Assembly (NCBI GenBank): GCA_964019425.1
Contig: OZ025798.1
Location: 62,001 to 126,000, forward strand
Origin: Flectonema sp. DT1601
Taxonomy: Eukaryota
Length of the DNA stretch: 64,000 nucleotides
Direction: 5' to 3'
In this document: in pieces, positions 1-11,520 of the stretch
Layout of the letters: each line of letters begins with the position of its first letter
Position numbering within the stretch: the stretch's first letter is position 1
Notes under the pieces: model-generated
The model's database searches: none
Seen by the model: only the letters and a program-made list of their open reading frames with translations
Told to the model about the DNA's origin: nothing
Made by a program: the position numbers and the translations under genes

Positions 1-339
1 ACCTCTTGCCTTATCCAACGTGCCCATTTCACCACAAAGTGTTGCAGCACACTTAACCATTGTTTCCGTGTCTGCTAGTTTCATTCCCAAATTGCAGCTC
101 GATGATTGCCTGACGATACTCAGTGAGCTGCAGTCAAAAGCAGCCTGTTTGTATTTTAATAACACCCGACAATACCGATACTAAATTCAGACGGTTAGTT
201 GGTACGAAACTCTTGTTGTACAAACTAACGAAGCAACCCTTCCACACAATAACAAATCATTTCAATAAGGAAGGGAATGATGAAATAATAAACATACCGA
301 AGACGCAAACAAACCGATAACAACAGCAAAAGTCTTCAT
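1..339 (-). CDS. 5' part of secreted Cys-rich tandem APT-like module protein, array copy 1 (exon 1 298-339, intron 145-297, exon 2 runs off the window start)
   Basis: Same sequence as 3644-3982. ATG at 339 gives MKTFAVVIGLFASS, followed by a GTATGT donor and an AAACAG acceptor, continuing in frame into AAFDCSSLSIV. Confidence 0.8.
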
Positions 340-2371
340 CTTATTTATTTACTGTCATCAGGAGGCAAAAAAGATACACAAGGAAGAACAAAGGCAACAT
401 GCAACTATAAATAGGGTTGCTTCACATAACTAATCACTTTAAATAGGAATCCACTTCGGTCAATACTAAGCCCATTCTATATCATCCCACGTAAAAAAAA
501 ACTGTCGTCCGTTGTTCTCATGGACGTCTGATGTATGTTCGTCGCTTCTCTTCGGAAGATTCTAACTCTGCTGAATCGATCAGAGTGTGAGGCCTGCTTC
601 CTACTCACCGCTACCTGTTATTTTAGGAATTTAATCAGAATGAAAATAAAAAGTTACAACAAGAAAAAGAATCAGCCGAACTTAACTTTTCTTTTACTTT
701 CTTACTCATTTTGTGTGCCATCCAGCAGCCTAAGAAAGGAATAGGTTAGGTTAAGTTACGCTGTCACAATTCTCTTTCTACTGAACAGGTGTATCTGCTG
801 TACAAGAAGAAAAAAAAAAAGGGAAGGAAAAAAAAGGAAACAAGAAAAGAATGTGTTTCCAGCATTTGAAAAAGAAGATAGAGAAAAAATTAAATAAATC
901 TTTCTGCTGTTCTGTTTCTTCAAAAGTAAGGGAGATGCTGTCTTGTCCTACTCAACAAAGGGACAGCTTAACTTAGTTGGTGTTAGTTAGTATATGAGAT
1001 CACTAAGATAATGTATTAAATCAAAATATATATAAAAAAGGAAAGCCCTCGCAACACATTGTTCTGCTGTTCCGTAAAACACTTGTGGTGGAATACCTAG
1101 TTTCAGGTCTTAATCTTATACTTTACTTGGTAAGTTGGTAGTATTTAGAATATGAGATACTGTTATCAGTCAATCAAAAAAACAATAGAACGCAACAATT
1201 CGTAGGACAACAAACAAATAATGGTTGGTTGGGCTTACATTAACTTCTTCAGTCTTCTTCAGCGAAGAAAGTACGGGGGACACTGCGGTGTCAGGCCTGT
1301 CTACTTTAATGAACAAGGCTAAACTTCGAATTCCCGTGCCAAATGTTAATGAAATATCGGATCTCAACACAAACGTTTCTGAAATGGACAGCTCCACAAA
1401 CGAAAGTATTCGAAATGGATGCAAAGAAAAAAGAAAAAGAAAAAGAAAAAGAAAAAAAATCTGTTTTACTTTGGGATTCTCCTTTAAAGAGGAACAAGTA
1501 TGAAGAAGTGATCCAAATCCCTTAAAAATATTCAAAACAGAATATAATTCGTTAGTCAGGTGACGATCCACTGAAGACCAACAATATTTGAATCGAAACA
1601 ATGATGAGAGGAACAGAGAGGAAAGGTACGCTATTAAGACATTACTTTTGATTTCATCAGAACTGCAACACAGAACGTCACAACAGTGAAGTGCCAAATG
1701 TTACTGAAATGTCGGATTACAACACAAACGATTCCGGAAGAGAAATTAATAAAAAAGAAATCCGCCGGGTCTACTCATCGCCTTCGCCCTTCTCAGCAAA
1801 CAGACCACGCCAATATGGTTTTATCTTTTACCATTTAACACACAATCCAGTAGTTATTTTATCGTTTATAGTTACTATGATGAGGGCCTCATCCGCAACA
1901 GTTTTCGAAGACTCCGTATGGATTGTTGAATTAGCTTCAGCTGAAGGGATGTAATTTATTTTATATGATTAATGGACACCCAGCTCTTCAGCTTTCCACC
2001 TTGCCTAGGTTATTAAACCCAATTAATAAAAATATAAAAATTAAAATACATAAACAAATAAACACGTGTGACACACAAAAAATTCTTAGAGCATTAAAAA
2101 TTAATCTAAACACACTGGAACGATACGAGTAACATCAGATCAGAAGACATAATCTTCTCCAGTAGGAATGAATTAAAATAGTTTGCACAGAAAAAACTTC
2201 TTTGGTTTAATAAATTTAAACTAGGAACTATGATCACTTTACAGTGATTCACTGTTACCTAACTAAACTTATCGCTATTGATCGAAACAGTAATGAGAGG
2301 AATAGAGAGGGAAGGAACGCTATTAAGGCATTAAATTGATTTCATCAGAATGCCACAACAGTGAAGTTTTT

Positions 2372-3982
2372 TTACTTGGAAATCAGGTGGCTTGGCATAC
2401 AGATCATGTCGTTTGCATCATTTCCCTGCGCAACATAACATCCGTAACCAGATCCCACCAACCTCATGGTACGGTCAGCACCTCTTGCCTTATCCAACGT
2501 GCCCATTTTACCACAAAGTGTTGCAGCACACGCAACCATTGTTTTCGTGTCTGCTGGTGTCCACCCCAGATTGCAGCTCGATGATTGTTTGACGATTGAC
2601 AGCGAAGAGCAAGGTACCGATGGTGGTGGAGTAGGTGCTGGTGGTGGCGGAGTTGGTGCTTGAACCGCTGGAGTTGTGTTGTTTGGCATACAGATCTTGT
2701 GGTTGGCATCATTTCCCTGCGCAACATAACATCCGTAACCAGATCCCACCAACCTCATGGTTCCGTCAGCACCTCTTGCCTTATCCAACGTGCCCATTTC
2801 ACCACAAAGTGTTGCAGCACACTTAACCATTGTTTCCGTGTCTGCTAGTTTCATTCCCGAATTGCAGCTCGATGATTGCCTGACGATTGACAGCGAAGAG
2901 CAAGGTACCGATGGTGGTGGAGTAGGTGCTGGTGGTGGCGGAGTTGGTGCTTGAACCGCTGGAGTTGTGTTGTTTGGCATACAGATCTTGTGGTTGGCAT
3001 CATTTCCCTGCGCAACATAACATCCGTAACCAGATCCCACCAACCTCATGGTACGGTCAGCACCTCTTGCCTTATCCAACGTGCCCATTTCACCACAAAG
3101 TGTTGCAGCACACGCAACCATTGTTTTCGTGTCTGCTGGTGTCCATCCAAGATTGCAGCTCGATGATTGTTTGACGATTGACAGCGAAGAGCAAGGTACC
3201 GATGGTGGTGGAGTAGGTGCTGGTGGTGGCGGAGTTGGTGCTTGAACCGCTGGAGTTGTGTTGTTTGGCATACAGATCTTGTCGTTGGCATCATTTCCCT
3301 GCGCAACATAACATCCGTAACCAGATCCCACCAACCTCATGGTTCCGTCAGCACCTCTTGCCTTATCCAACGTGCCCATTTCACCACAAAGTGTTGCAGC
3401 GCACTTAACCATCGTTTCCGTGTCTGCTGGTTTCATTCCCGAATTGCAGCTCGATGATTGCCTGACGATTGACAGCGAAGAGCAAGGTACCGATGGTGGT
3501 GGAGTAGGTGCTGGTGGTGGCGGAGTTGGTGCTTGAACCGCTGGAGTTGTGTTGTTTGGCATACAGATCTTGTCGTTGGCATCATTTCCCTGCGCAACAT
3601 AACATCCGTAACCAGATCCCACCAACCTCATGGTTCCGTCAGCACCTCTTGCCTTATCCAACGTGCCCATTTCACCACAAAGTGTTGCAGCACACTTAAC
3701 CATTGTTTCCGTGTCTGCTAGTTTCATTCCCAAATTGCAGCTCGATGATTGCCTGACGATACTCAGTGAGCTGCAGTCAAAAGCAGCCTGTTTGTATTTT
3801 AATAACACCCGACAATACCGATACTAAATTCAGACGGTTAGTTGGTACGAAACTCTTGTTGTACAAACTAACGAAGCAACCCTTCCACACAATAACAAAT
3901 CATTTCAATAAGGAAGGGAATGATGAAATAATAAACATACCGAAGACGCAAACAAACCGATAACAACAGCAAAAGTCTTCAT
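2372..3982 (-). CDS. Secreted protein with 5 Cys-rich APT(aerolysin domain 1)-like modules and Pro/Thr linkers, array copy 2 (exon 1 3941-3982, intron 3788-3940, exon 2 2372-3787)
   Basis: ORF 2372-3808 begins at a GTG inside an AT-rich stretch ending in CAG. A 42-nt upstream exon encodes a hydrophobic signal-like peptide and splices in frame through a 153-nt GT-AG intron. It carries five 291-bp units, each with 6 Cys and a GSGYGC motif. Confidence 0.85.
2390..3775. repeat. Intragenic 291-bp tandem repeat (5 units) with 582-bp higher-order period
   Basis: Equivalent positions at 2466, 2757, 3048, 3339 and 3630. Alternate units are more alike (2464/3046, 2635/3217). Confidence 0.95.
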
Positions 3983-6014
3983 CTTATTTATTTACTGTCA
4001 TCAGGAGGCAAAAAAGATACACAAGGAAGAACAAAGGCAACATGCAACTATAAATAGGGTTGCTTCACATAACTAATCACTTTAAATAGGAATCCACTTC
4101 GGTCAATACTAAGCCCATTCTATATCATCCCACGTAAAAAAAAACTGTCGTCCGTTGTTCTCATGGACGTCTGATGTATGTTCGTCGCTTCTCTTCGGAA
4201 GATTCTAACTCTGCTGAATCGATCAGAGTGTGAGGCCTGCTTCCTACTCACCGCTACCTGTTATTTTAGGAATTTAATCAGAATGAAAATAAAAAGTTAC
4301 AACAAGAAAAAGAATCAGCCGAACTTAACTTTTCTTTTACTTTCTTACTCATTTTGTGTGCCATCCAGCAGCCTAAGAAAGGAATAGGTTAGGTTAAGTT
4401 ACGCTGTCACAATTCTCTTTCTACTGAACAGGTGTATCTGCTGTACAAGAAGAAAAAAAAAAAGGGAAGGAAAAAAAAGGAAACAAGAAAAGAATGTGTT
4501 TCCAGCATTTGAAAAAGAAGATAGAGAAAAAATTAAATAAATCTTTCTGCTGTTCTGTTTCTTCAAAAGTAAGGGAGATGCTGTCTTGTCCTACTCAACA
4601 AAGGGACAGCTTAACTTAGTTGGTGTTAGTTAGTATATGAGATCACTAAGATAATGTATTAAATCAAAATATATATAAAAAAGGAAAGCCCTCGCAACAC
4701 ATTGTTCTGCTGTTCCGTAAAACACTTGTGGTGGAATACCTAGTTTCAGGTCTTAATCTTATACTTTACTTGGTAAGTTGGTAGTATTTAGAATATGAGA
4801 TACTGTTATCAGTCAATCAAAAAAACAATAGAACGCAACAATTCGTAGGACAACAAACAAATAATGGTTGGTTGGGCTTACATTAACTTCTTCAGTCTTC
4901 TTCAGCGAAGAAAGTACGGGGGACACTGCGGTGTCAGGCCTGTCTACTTTAATGAACAAGGCTAAACTTCGAATTCCCGTGCCAAATGTTAATGAAATAT
5001 CGGATCTCAACACAAACGTTTCTGAAATGGACAGCTCCACAAACGAAAGTATTCGAAATGGATGCAAAGAAAAAAGAAAAAGAAAAAGAAAAAGAAAAAA
5101 AATCTGTTTTACTTTGGGATTCTCCTTTAAAGAGGAACAAGTATGAAGAAGTGATCCAAATCCCTTAAAAATATTCAAAACAGAATATAATTCGTTAGTC
5201 AGGTGACGATCCACTGAAGACCAACAATATTTGAATCGAAACAATGATGAGAGGAACAGAGAGGAAAGGTACGCTATTAAGACATTACTTTTGATTTCAT
5301 CAGAACTGCAACACAGAACGTCACAACAGTGAAGTGCCAAATGTTACTGAAATGTCGGATTACAACACAAACGATTCCGGAAGAGAAATTAATAAAAAAG
5401 AAATCCGCCGGGTCTACTCATCGCCTTCGCCCTTCTCAGCAAACAGACCACGCCAATATGGTTTTATCTTTTACCATTTAACACACAATCCAGTAGTTAT
5501 TTTATCGTTTATAGTTACTATGATGAGGGCCTCATCCGCAACAGTTTTCGAAGACTCCGTATGGATTGTTGAATTAGCTTCAGCTGAAGGGATGTAATTT
5601 ATTTTATATGATTAATGGACACCCAGCTCTTCAGCTTTCCACCTTGCCTAGGTTATTAAACCCAATTAATAAAAATATAAAAATTAAAATACATAAACAA
5701 ATAAACACGTGTGACACACAAAAAATTCTTAGAGCATTAAAAATTAATCTAAACACACTGGAACGATACGAGTAACATCAGATCAGAAGACATAATCTTC
5801 TCCAGTAGGAATGAATTAAAATAGTTTGCACAGAAAAAACTTCTTTGGTTTAATAAATTTAAACTAGGAACTATGATCACTTTACAGTGATTCACTGTTA
5901 CCTAACTAAACTTATCGCTATTGATCGAAACAGTAATGAGAGGAATAGAGAGGGAAGGAACGCTATTAAGGCATTAAATTGATTTCATCAGAATGCCACA
6001 ACAGTGAAGTTTTT

Positions 6015-7898
6015 TTACTTGGAAATCAGGTGGCTTGGCATACAGATCATGTCGTTTGCATCATTTCCCTGCGCAACATAACATCCGTAACCAGATCCCA
6101 CCAACCTCATGGTACGGTCAGCACCTCTTGCCTTATCCAACGTGCCCATTTTACCACAAAGTGATGCAGCACACGCAACCATTGTTTCCGTGTCTGCTGG
6201 TGTCCACCCCAGATTGCAGCTCGATGATTGTTTGACGATTGACAGCGAAGAGCAAGGTACCGATGGTGGTGGAGTAGGTGCTGGTGGTGGCGGAGTTGGT
6301 GCTTGAACCGCTGGAGTTGTGTTGTTTGGCATACAGATCTTGTGGTTGGCATCATTTCCCTGCGCAACATAACATCCGTAACCAGATCCCACCAACCTCA
6401 TGGTTCCGTCAGCACCTCTTGCCTTATCCAACGTGCCCATTTCACCACAAAGTGTTGCAGCGCACTTAACCATTGTTTCCGTGTCTGCTAGTTTCATTCC
6501 CGAATTGCAGCTCGATGATTGTTTGACGATTGACAGCGAAGAGCAAGGTACCGATGGTGGTGGAGTAGGTGCTGGTGGTGGCGGAGTTGGTGCTGGAACT
6601 GGAGTAGTGGTGTTGTTTGGCATACAGATCATGTAGTTGGCATCATTTCCCTGCGCAACATAACATCCGTAACCAGATCCCAGCAACCTCATGGTACCGT
6701 CAGCACCTCTTGCCTTATCCAACGTGCCCATTTCACCACAAAGTGTTGCAGCACACTTAACCATTGTTTCCGTGTCTGCTGGTGACCATCCAAGATTGCA
6801 GCTCGATGATTGTTTGACGATTGACAGCGAAGAGCAAGGTACCGATGGTGGTGGTGGTGGAGTTGGTGCTGGAACTGGAGTTGTGATGTTTGGCATACAG
6901 ATCATGTATCCGTCGAGACCAGTACCATCCTGAACAGTACATCCGTAACCAGGTCCCATCAACCTTTTGGTATCGTCAGCACCTCTTGCCATATCCCAGG
7001 TGCCCATCCTATTACAAATTGTTGCAGCACAATTAGTCATTGTTTCCGTGTCTGCTGGTGTCCATCCCGGATTGCAGCTCGATGAATAAGCGTTGACTTG
7101 CAGAGAAGAGCAAGGTACCGATGGTGGTGGAGTAGGTGCTGGTGGTGGCGGAGTTGGTGCTGGAACTGGAGTAGTTGTGTTGTTTGGCATACAGATCATC
7201 TCGTTGGCATCATTTCCCTGCGCAACATAACATCCGTAACCAGATCCCAGCAACCTCATGGTACCGTCAGCACCTCTTGCCTTATCCAACGTGCTCATTT
7301 CACCACAAAGTGTTGCAGCACACTTAACCATTGTTTCCGTGTCTGCTGGTGACCATCCCAGATTGCACCTCGATGGTAGTACGACGATTGACAGCGAAGA
7401 GCAAGGTACCGATGGTGGTGGTGGAGTTGGTGCTGGAACTGGAGTTGTGATGTTTGGCATACAGATCATGTATCCGTCGAGACCAGTACCATCCTGAACA
7501 GTACATCCGTAACCAGGTCCCATCAACCTTTTGGTATTGTCAGCACCTCTTGCCATATCCCAGGTGCCCATCCTATTGCAAATTGTTGCAGCACAATTAG
7601 TCATCGTTTCCGTGTCTGCTGGTGTCCATCCCGGATTGCAGCTCGATGAATAAGCGTTGACTTGCAGAGAAGAGCAACGTACCGACGGTGTATCAAAAGC
7701 AGCCTGTTTGTATTTTAATAACACCCGACAATACCGATACTAAATTCAGACTGTTAGTTGGTACGATACTCTTGTTGTACAAACTAACTAAGTAACCCTT
7801 CCACACAATAACAAATCATTTCAATAAGGAAGGGAATGATGAAATAATAAACATACCGAAGACGCAAACAAACCGATAACAACAGCAAAAGTCTTCAT
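6015..7898 (-). CDS. Secreted protein with 6 APT-like modules, array copy 3 (exon 1 7857-7898, intron 7704-7856, exon 2 6015-7703)
   Basis: 569-aa ORF with the same signal exon and 153-nt intron as copy 2. Includes a divergent module type (CNPGWTP...MGTWDMARGAD...LMGPGYGC...ICMP). Confidence 0.85.
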
Positions 7899-8065
7899 CT
7901 TATTTATTTACTGTCATCAGGAGGTAAAAAAGATACTCAAGGAAGAACAAAGGCAACATGCAACTATAAATAGGGTTGCTTCACATAACTAATCACTTTA
8001 AATAGGAATCCACTTCGGTCAATACTAAGCCCATTCTATATCATCCCACGTAAAAAAATTGGGTG

Positions 8066-8403
8066 AATCCTTGTCTGAAAAAACATAAAAATAAACACAT
8101 CTTGTTTGCACAAAGAAGAGATGGAAAATGACCAGTAATTAACTTCATAATACTCAACGAATAAGTAATAAGGTTAAAACTGATAAAATATCACAAAAGA
8201 TTTCAGCTTCATTATTCAGCATGGTCAGCTAAAAACATAAATATAATGTATTACACTCGTACGTGACAACAATAAGTTAGTGCCAGTATAAATAAGTAAA
8301 AGTATCCAAAAAGTCGTTGTCGAATCTGGTCATTCAGAAAGAAGAGGAGGTGGGTATTAAAAACAAAAATTAATATCAATTACTTGACTTAAAAATATAT
8401 TTG
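8066..8403. repeat. Dispersed ~330-bp AT-rich repeat, copy A
   Basis: AATCCTTGTCTGAAAAAACATAAAAATAAAC...ACTTGACTTAAAAA recurs at 9724-10053 with a few substitutions and indels. Confidence 0.9.
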
Positions 8404-9723
8404 CGACTGCGAAAAAGCAAAAACGTTTTGTGTGTGTTCGTAAAGGGTTTTTCTGATTCCCGACTAGCAGCGCCAAGCCGTATGCAAGTGATTCTTTAAC
8501 CCCCATTATACTTCACCCCTCAGGAATTACCGAACAAGATCAAAGGCTCAATTATATTTTTGCAAAAATTTGATAAAATGAAAACAATGGCTAGGTTATA
8601 GTGTGGCTTGCGTTATCTGTTGTATGTTTGAAATCATTTTATAAATCATTCACAGTCAAACTTATGTCTGCAATGTGTGTGACAATTCTACCTGGGATGG
8701 GAATAAGTATTAATAAGGTAATCGTTCACTTTTTGGTTTGTTCATTATCACTTTCTTCCATTCAGCAGAGTGGAAATGTGGCTTGCACCTTCTGTTTCAC
8801 TGCCTCGCCCCTGCGATGTTTCAGGCCTTTGCCTTCAAAAAGTACGTTTCTATTTCTGCTTTTTCTTCTTTTTTATGTGGCAGTAGTGAAATGAACTCTG
8901 AGTTCAGAAGGTGAAAGTTGTTTTGAATGTGGCAAATAAAACAAAAAGTTGTAAAACTAGTTTTCTGGCTCTTTTATACCGAGTGAACGTATGTGACCTG
9001 TTAAAGAATAATAAACTTAAGTAGCTACAAATTATTTATTTTATTTTACGTATTGAAGTCAGGGAATTCAAAGCAAGCCACCGATAAATTTGCTACCTCC
9101 ATAAATGAAATAATAAGAGATACCAGCAGTCACTACTTTAATGAAGGGACTGAAAAAAGGAAGACAGGTTTCTTTTTTTTTTTTGTGTTTTTCATTTTTT
9201 TTCCCCCCCTCTTTTAATAAGAAACTTCAGCTGATGCTGTCAAGCTTCATTCATGTAATGGACTTGTTTTTTGTCATCATCAGATTAGTGTTCGTATTTT
9301 TATATTTGTTCCAAAGCGGTAGTTACTCCGGTTCAATAAAAAAACTTTTTTTGAAATAACTTTTGAGAGAGAAAAAAAAAAAACGAATTCGGATTCGGAA
9401 AACATCTTCTGATGGTAGGCAGGTGAAGCCTCACATCAAGTTGATAGTAAAGTACTGCGGAACCCATAACAGTAATTTACCAAATAAATAAAAGAGAGGG
9501 AGGGAGAGAAAGAAAATTGCCGAAAAACGATCAGTGATCAGGTCGGCAAAAAAGGGAATAAATTAAATAGAAATATCGCTCAATGATTGTATACGCTCAA
9601 CGCGGAATATTCTCAGAGCTGTTTTAGTAAGTTCAACAACAAGGCGGAAGGGATTAATTTGATACTGCATAGGACTTGGATAAATAAATCAAGGTTAACA
9701 CGCATAGGGAAGGGGTAGTTGAA

Positions 9724-10053
9724 AATCCTTGTCTGAAAAAACATAAAAATAAACACATCTTGTTTGCACACAAAGAAGAGAGGGAGAGTGACCAGTAATT
9801 AACTTCATAATACTCAACGAATAAGTAATAAGGTTAAAACTGATAAAATATCACAAAAGATTTCAGCTTCATTATTCAGCATGGTCAGCTAAAAACATAA
9901 ATATAATGTATTACACTCGTACGTGACAACAATAAGTTAGTGTCAGTAAAAGTATCCAGAAAATCGTTGTCGAATCTGGTCATTCAGAAAGAAGAGGAGG
10001 TGGGTATTAAAAACAAAAATTAATATCAATAACTTGACTTAAAAAAATATTTG
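9724..10053. repeat. Dispersed ~330-bp AT-rich repeat, copy B, inside a 16-bp direct repeat
   Basis: Near-identical to 8066-8403. TAATTTGATACTGCAT occurs at 9655-9670 and 10075-10090. Confidence 0.85.
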
Positions 10054-11520
10054 TATTTGGGAAAGAAGGAGAGGTAATTTGATACTGCATTCTTAAGCTC
10101 AAAAGGAATAACAATTTCTCCGACAATCTTGACTGTCAGCGGCAGCGTAGTAAATGTCTGCAAATAAGTACTGAAGGCCACGTGAACATAGTTGAGCGCC
10201 ACTTGTTTATGTTACTCATGATTTATTTATAAAACTCATGAGTACTTATTAATAATTATATTGTCTTAAAAACTTAACCAACGGGGGGAAAAAGAATTGC
10301 AGGTGGTTAGGCTTTTTTTAATATTCCCCCGCTCTATAGTTTTCTTTTTTTTTTTTTTTGAAGTTGTGCTGCATAAACAGCCCAAACTTACAAACGGGGT
10401 GGACCCACACCAAGTTACACTTGAATAATAATTAAAGTTGCAAACGATTGCCGCTTATCGAAGAGAAGTACAACGAGAGATAGGATTCCCGAACATGAAA
10501 TTCAAGACATTGGCGGGGGTTTTGCTTTGTAAGTAGAAGCATCACCTTAATACAGAGGTACCGTGTGGGTATTGCCACTCTCACGTGGTTACACCGGGGA
10601 CGGAAAGAAATGTCGAAAAAAGAAGTAAGAAAAAACCAACACGTGGCTCGACAGGTCAAGTCGGTAAACAAGAGTGTCTCTGTCCACCCTAGGTGGGCGT
10701 GATTCCACAGTCGGGTCAGAGCTCGTTATATTTTCGGCCATAACAAAAAAAAAAAAAAAAAAAAAACTTGTTTTCTTTTTTTTTTTCGAGAGAGGAAGAC
10801 AAGGAAGGTCACATCCGAGATGAAAGAACAAAAATAGACAACAAAACACTCATATTTTTGAACCCAGTGAGAGCTTTCACTAAACTTTGTTGGTGGCACA
10901 TCAAACCATTGCAACGAAAATCATTTAAAACGACAACGGAAGAAGTGCCAAATAGAAAGCAAAGCTAACGGGTCTGAACAAGAACCTAACAATGAGGTTG
11001 GTAGCAATAGTCCTTGTAGGCAACCAGAACCAAAAACCCAAAAGGAAGACAGCGTACAATAGAATACAAGAAATAAAAACTGAATCTCACCCTCCCCCAT
11101 CACATGAGGCGGGAAGATAGCGAGGACGAAGTTAAATGCTTAAATAAAGGATTTCCCTGATTGTCGAATCGGCAGAGAAAGGGAATACAAAATTTAAAAA
11201 CGTTAAAACACAACACAATTGAAAATCGAAAGATTTCATGTCGCGAAACAAGTGTCCGCAAGTAAGTAAAGTGAAAAAAAGAAAAAAACAACACATTCTG
11301 GGATGGCTTCCTTGTAAGCAGCGTATTCTTTTCTTTTTTTTTTTTTTTGTTTGCACTTCATGTAGCCGCATTTGGCCGAGAATGCACTTTTTTATATTAA
11401 AATTTTGAAATTTTTCTTTTAATTCAGAAGAAGATGTAAATATACCTTGGGATACTCATGTCCCTCAGTCACCCATAATATAAAAATAAGAAAGAAAGAA
11501 ATAAAGACGTCTGTATGTTA

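Larger units (their letters stand above)
1..6593. repeat. Tandem segmental duplication, period 3643 bp (1-~2950 matches 3644-~6593)
   Basis: ORFs in the track recur at +3643 with identical translations over the intergenic part (123/3766, 535/4178, 1170/4813, 1691/5334). The promoter/intron part recurs a third time at ~7693-8058. Confidence 0.95.

Noticed and set aside
535..1954. Short ORFs in the array spacer (and their +3643 copies)
   Set aside because: Low-complexity translations of A/T tracts with no family motifs. Their recurrence is explained by the duplication.
2336..7497. Repeated short + strand ORFs (MVPSAPLALSNVP..., MLVVAELVLEP...)
   Set aside because: Antisense shadows of the repeat gene.
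2390..7690. Regularly spaced repeats as a CRISPR array or satellite
   Set aside because: Units are ~280-295 bp, preserve the reading frame and encode protein modules. There are no unique spacers and no cas genes.
8400..11450. Short ORFs and possible tRNA/ncRNA in the AT-rich intergenic region
   Set aside because: ORFs are poly-Phe/Lys translations of homopolymers, and no tRNA cloverleaf or box motifs were recognised.
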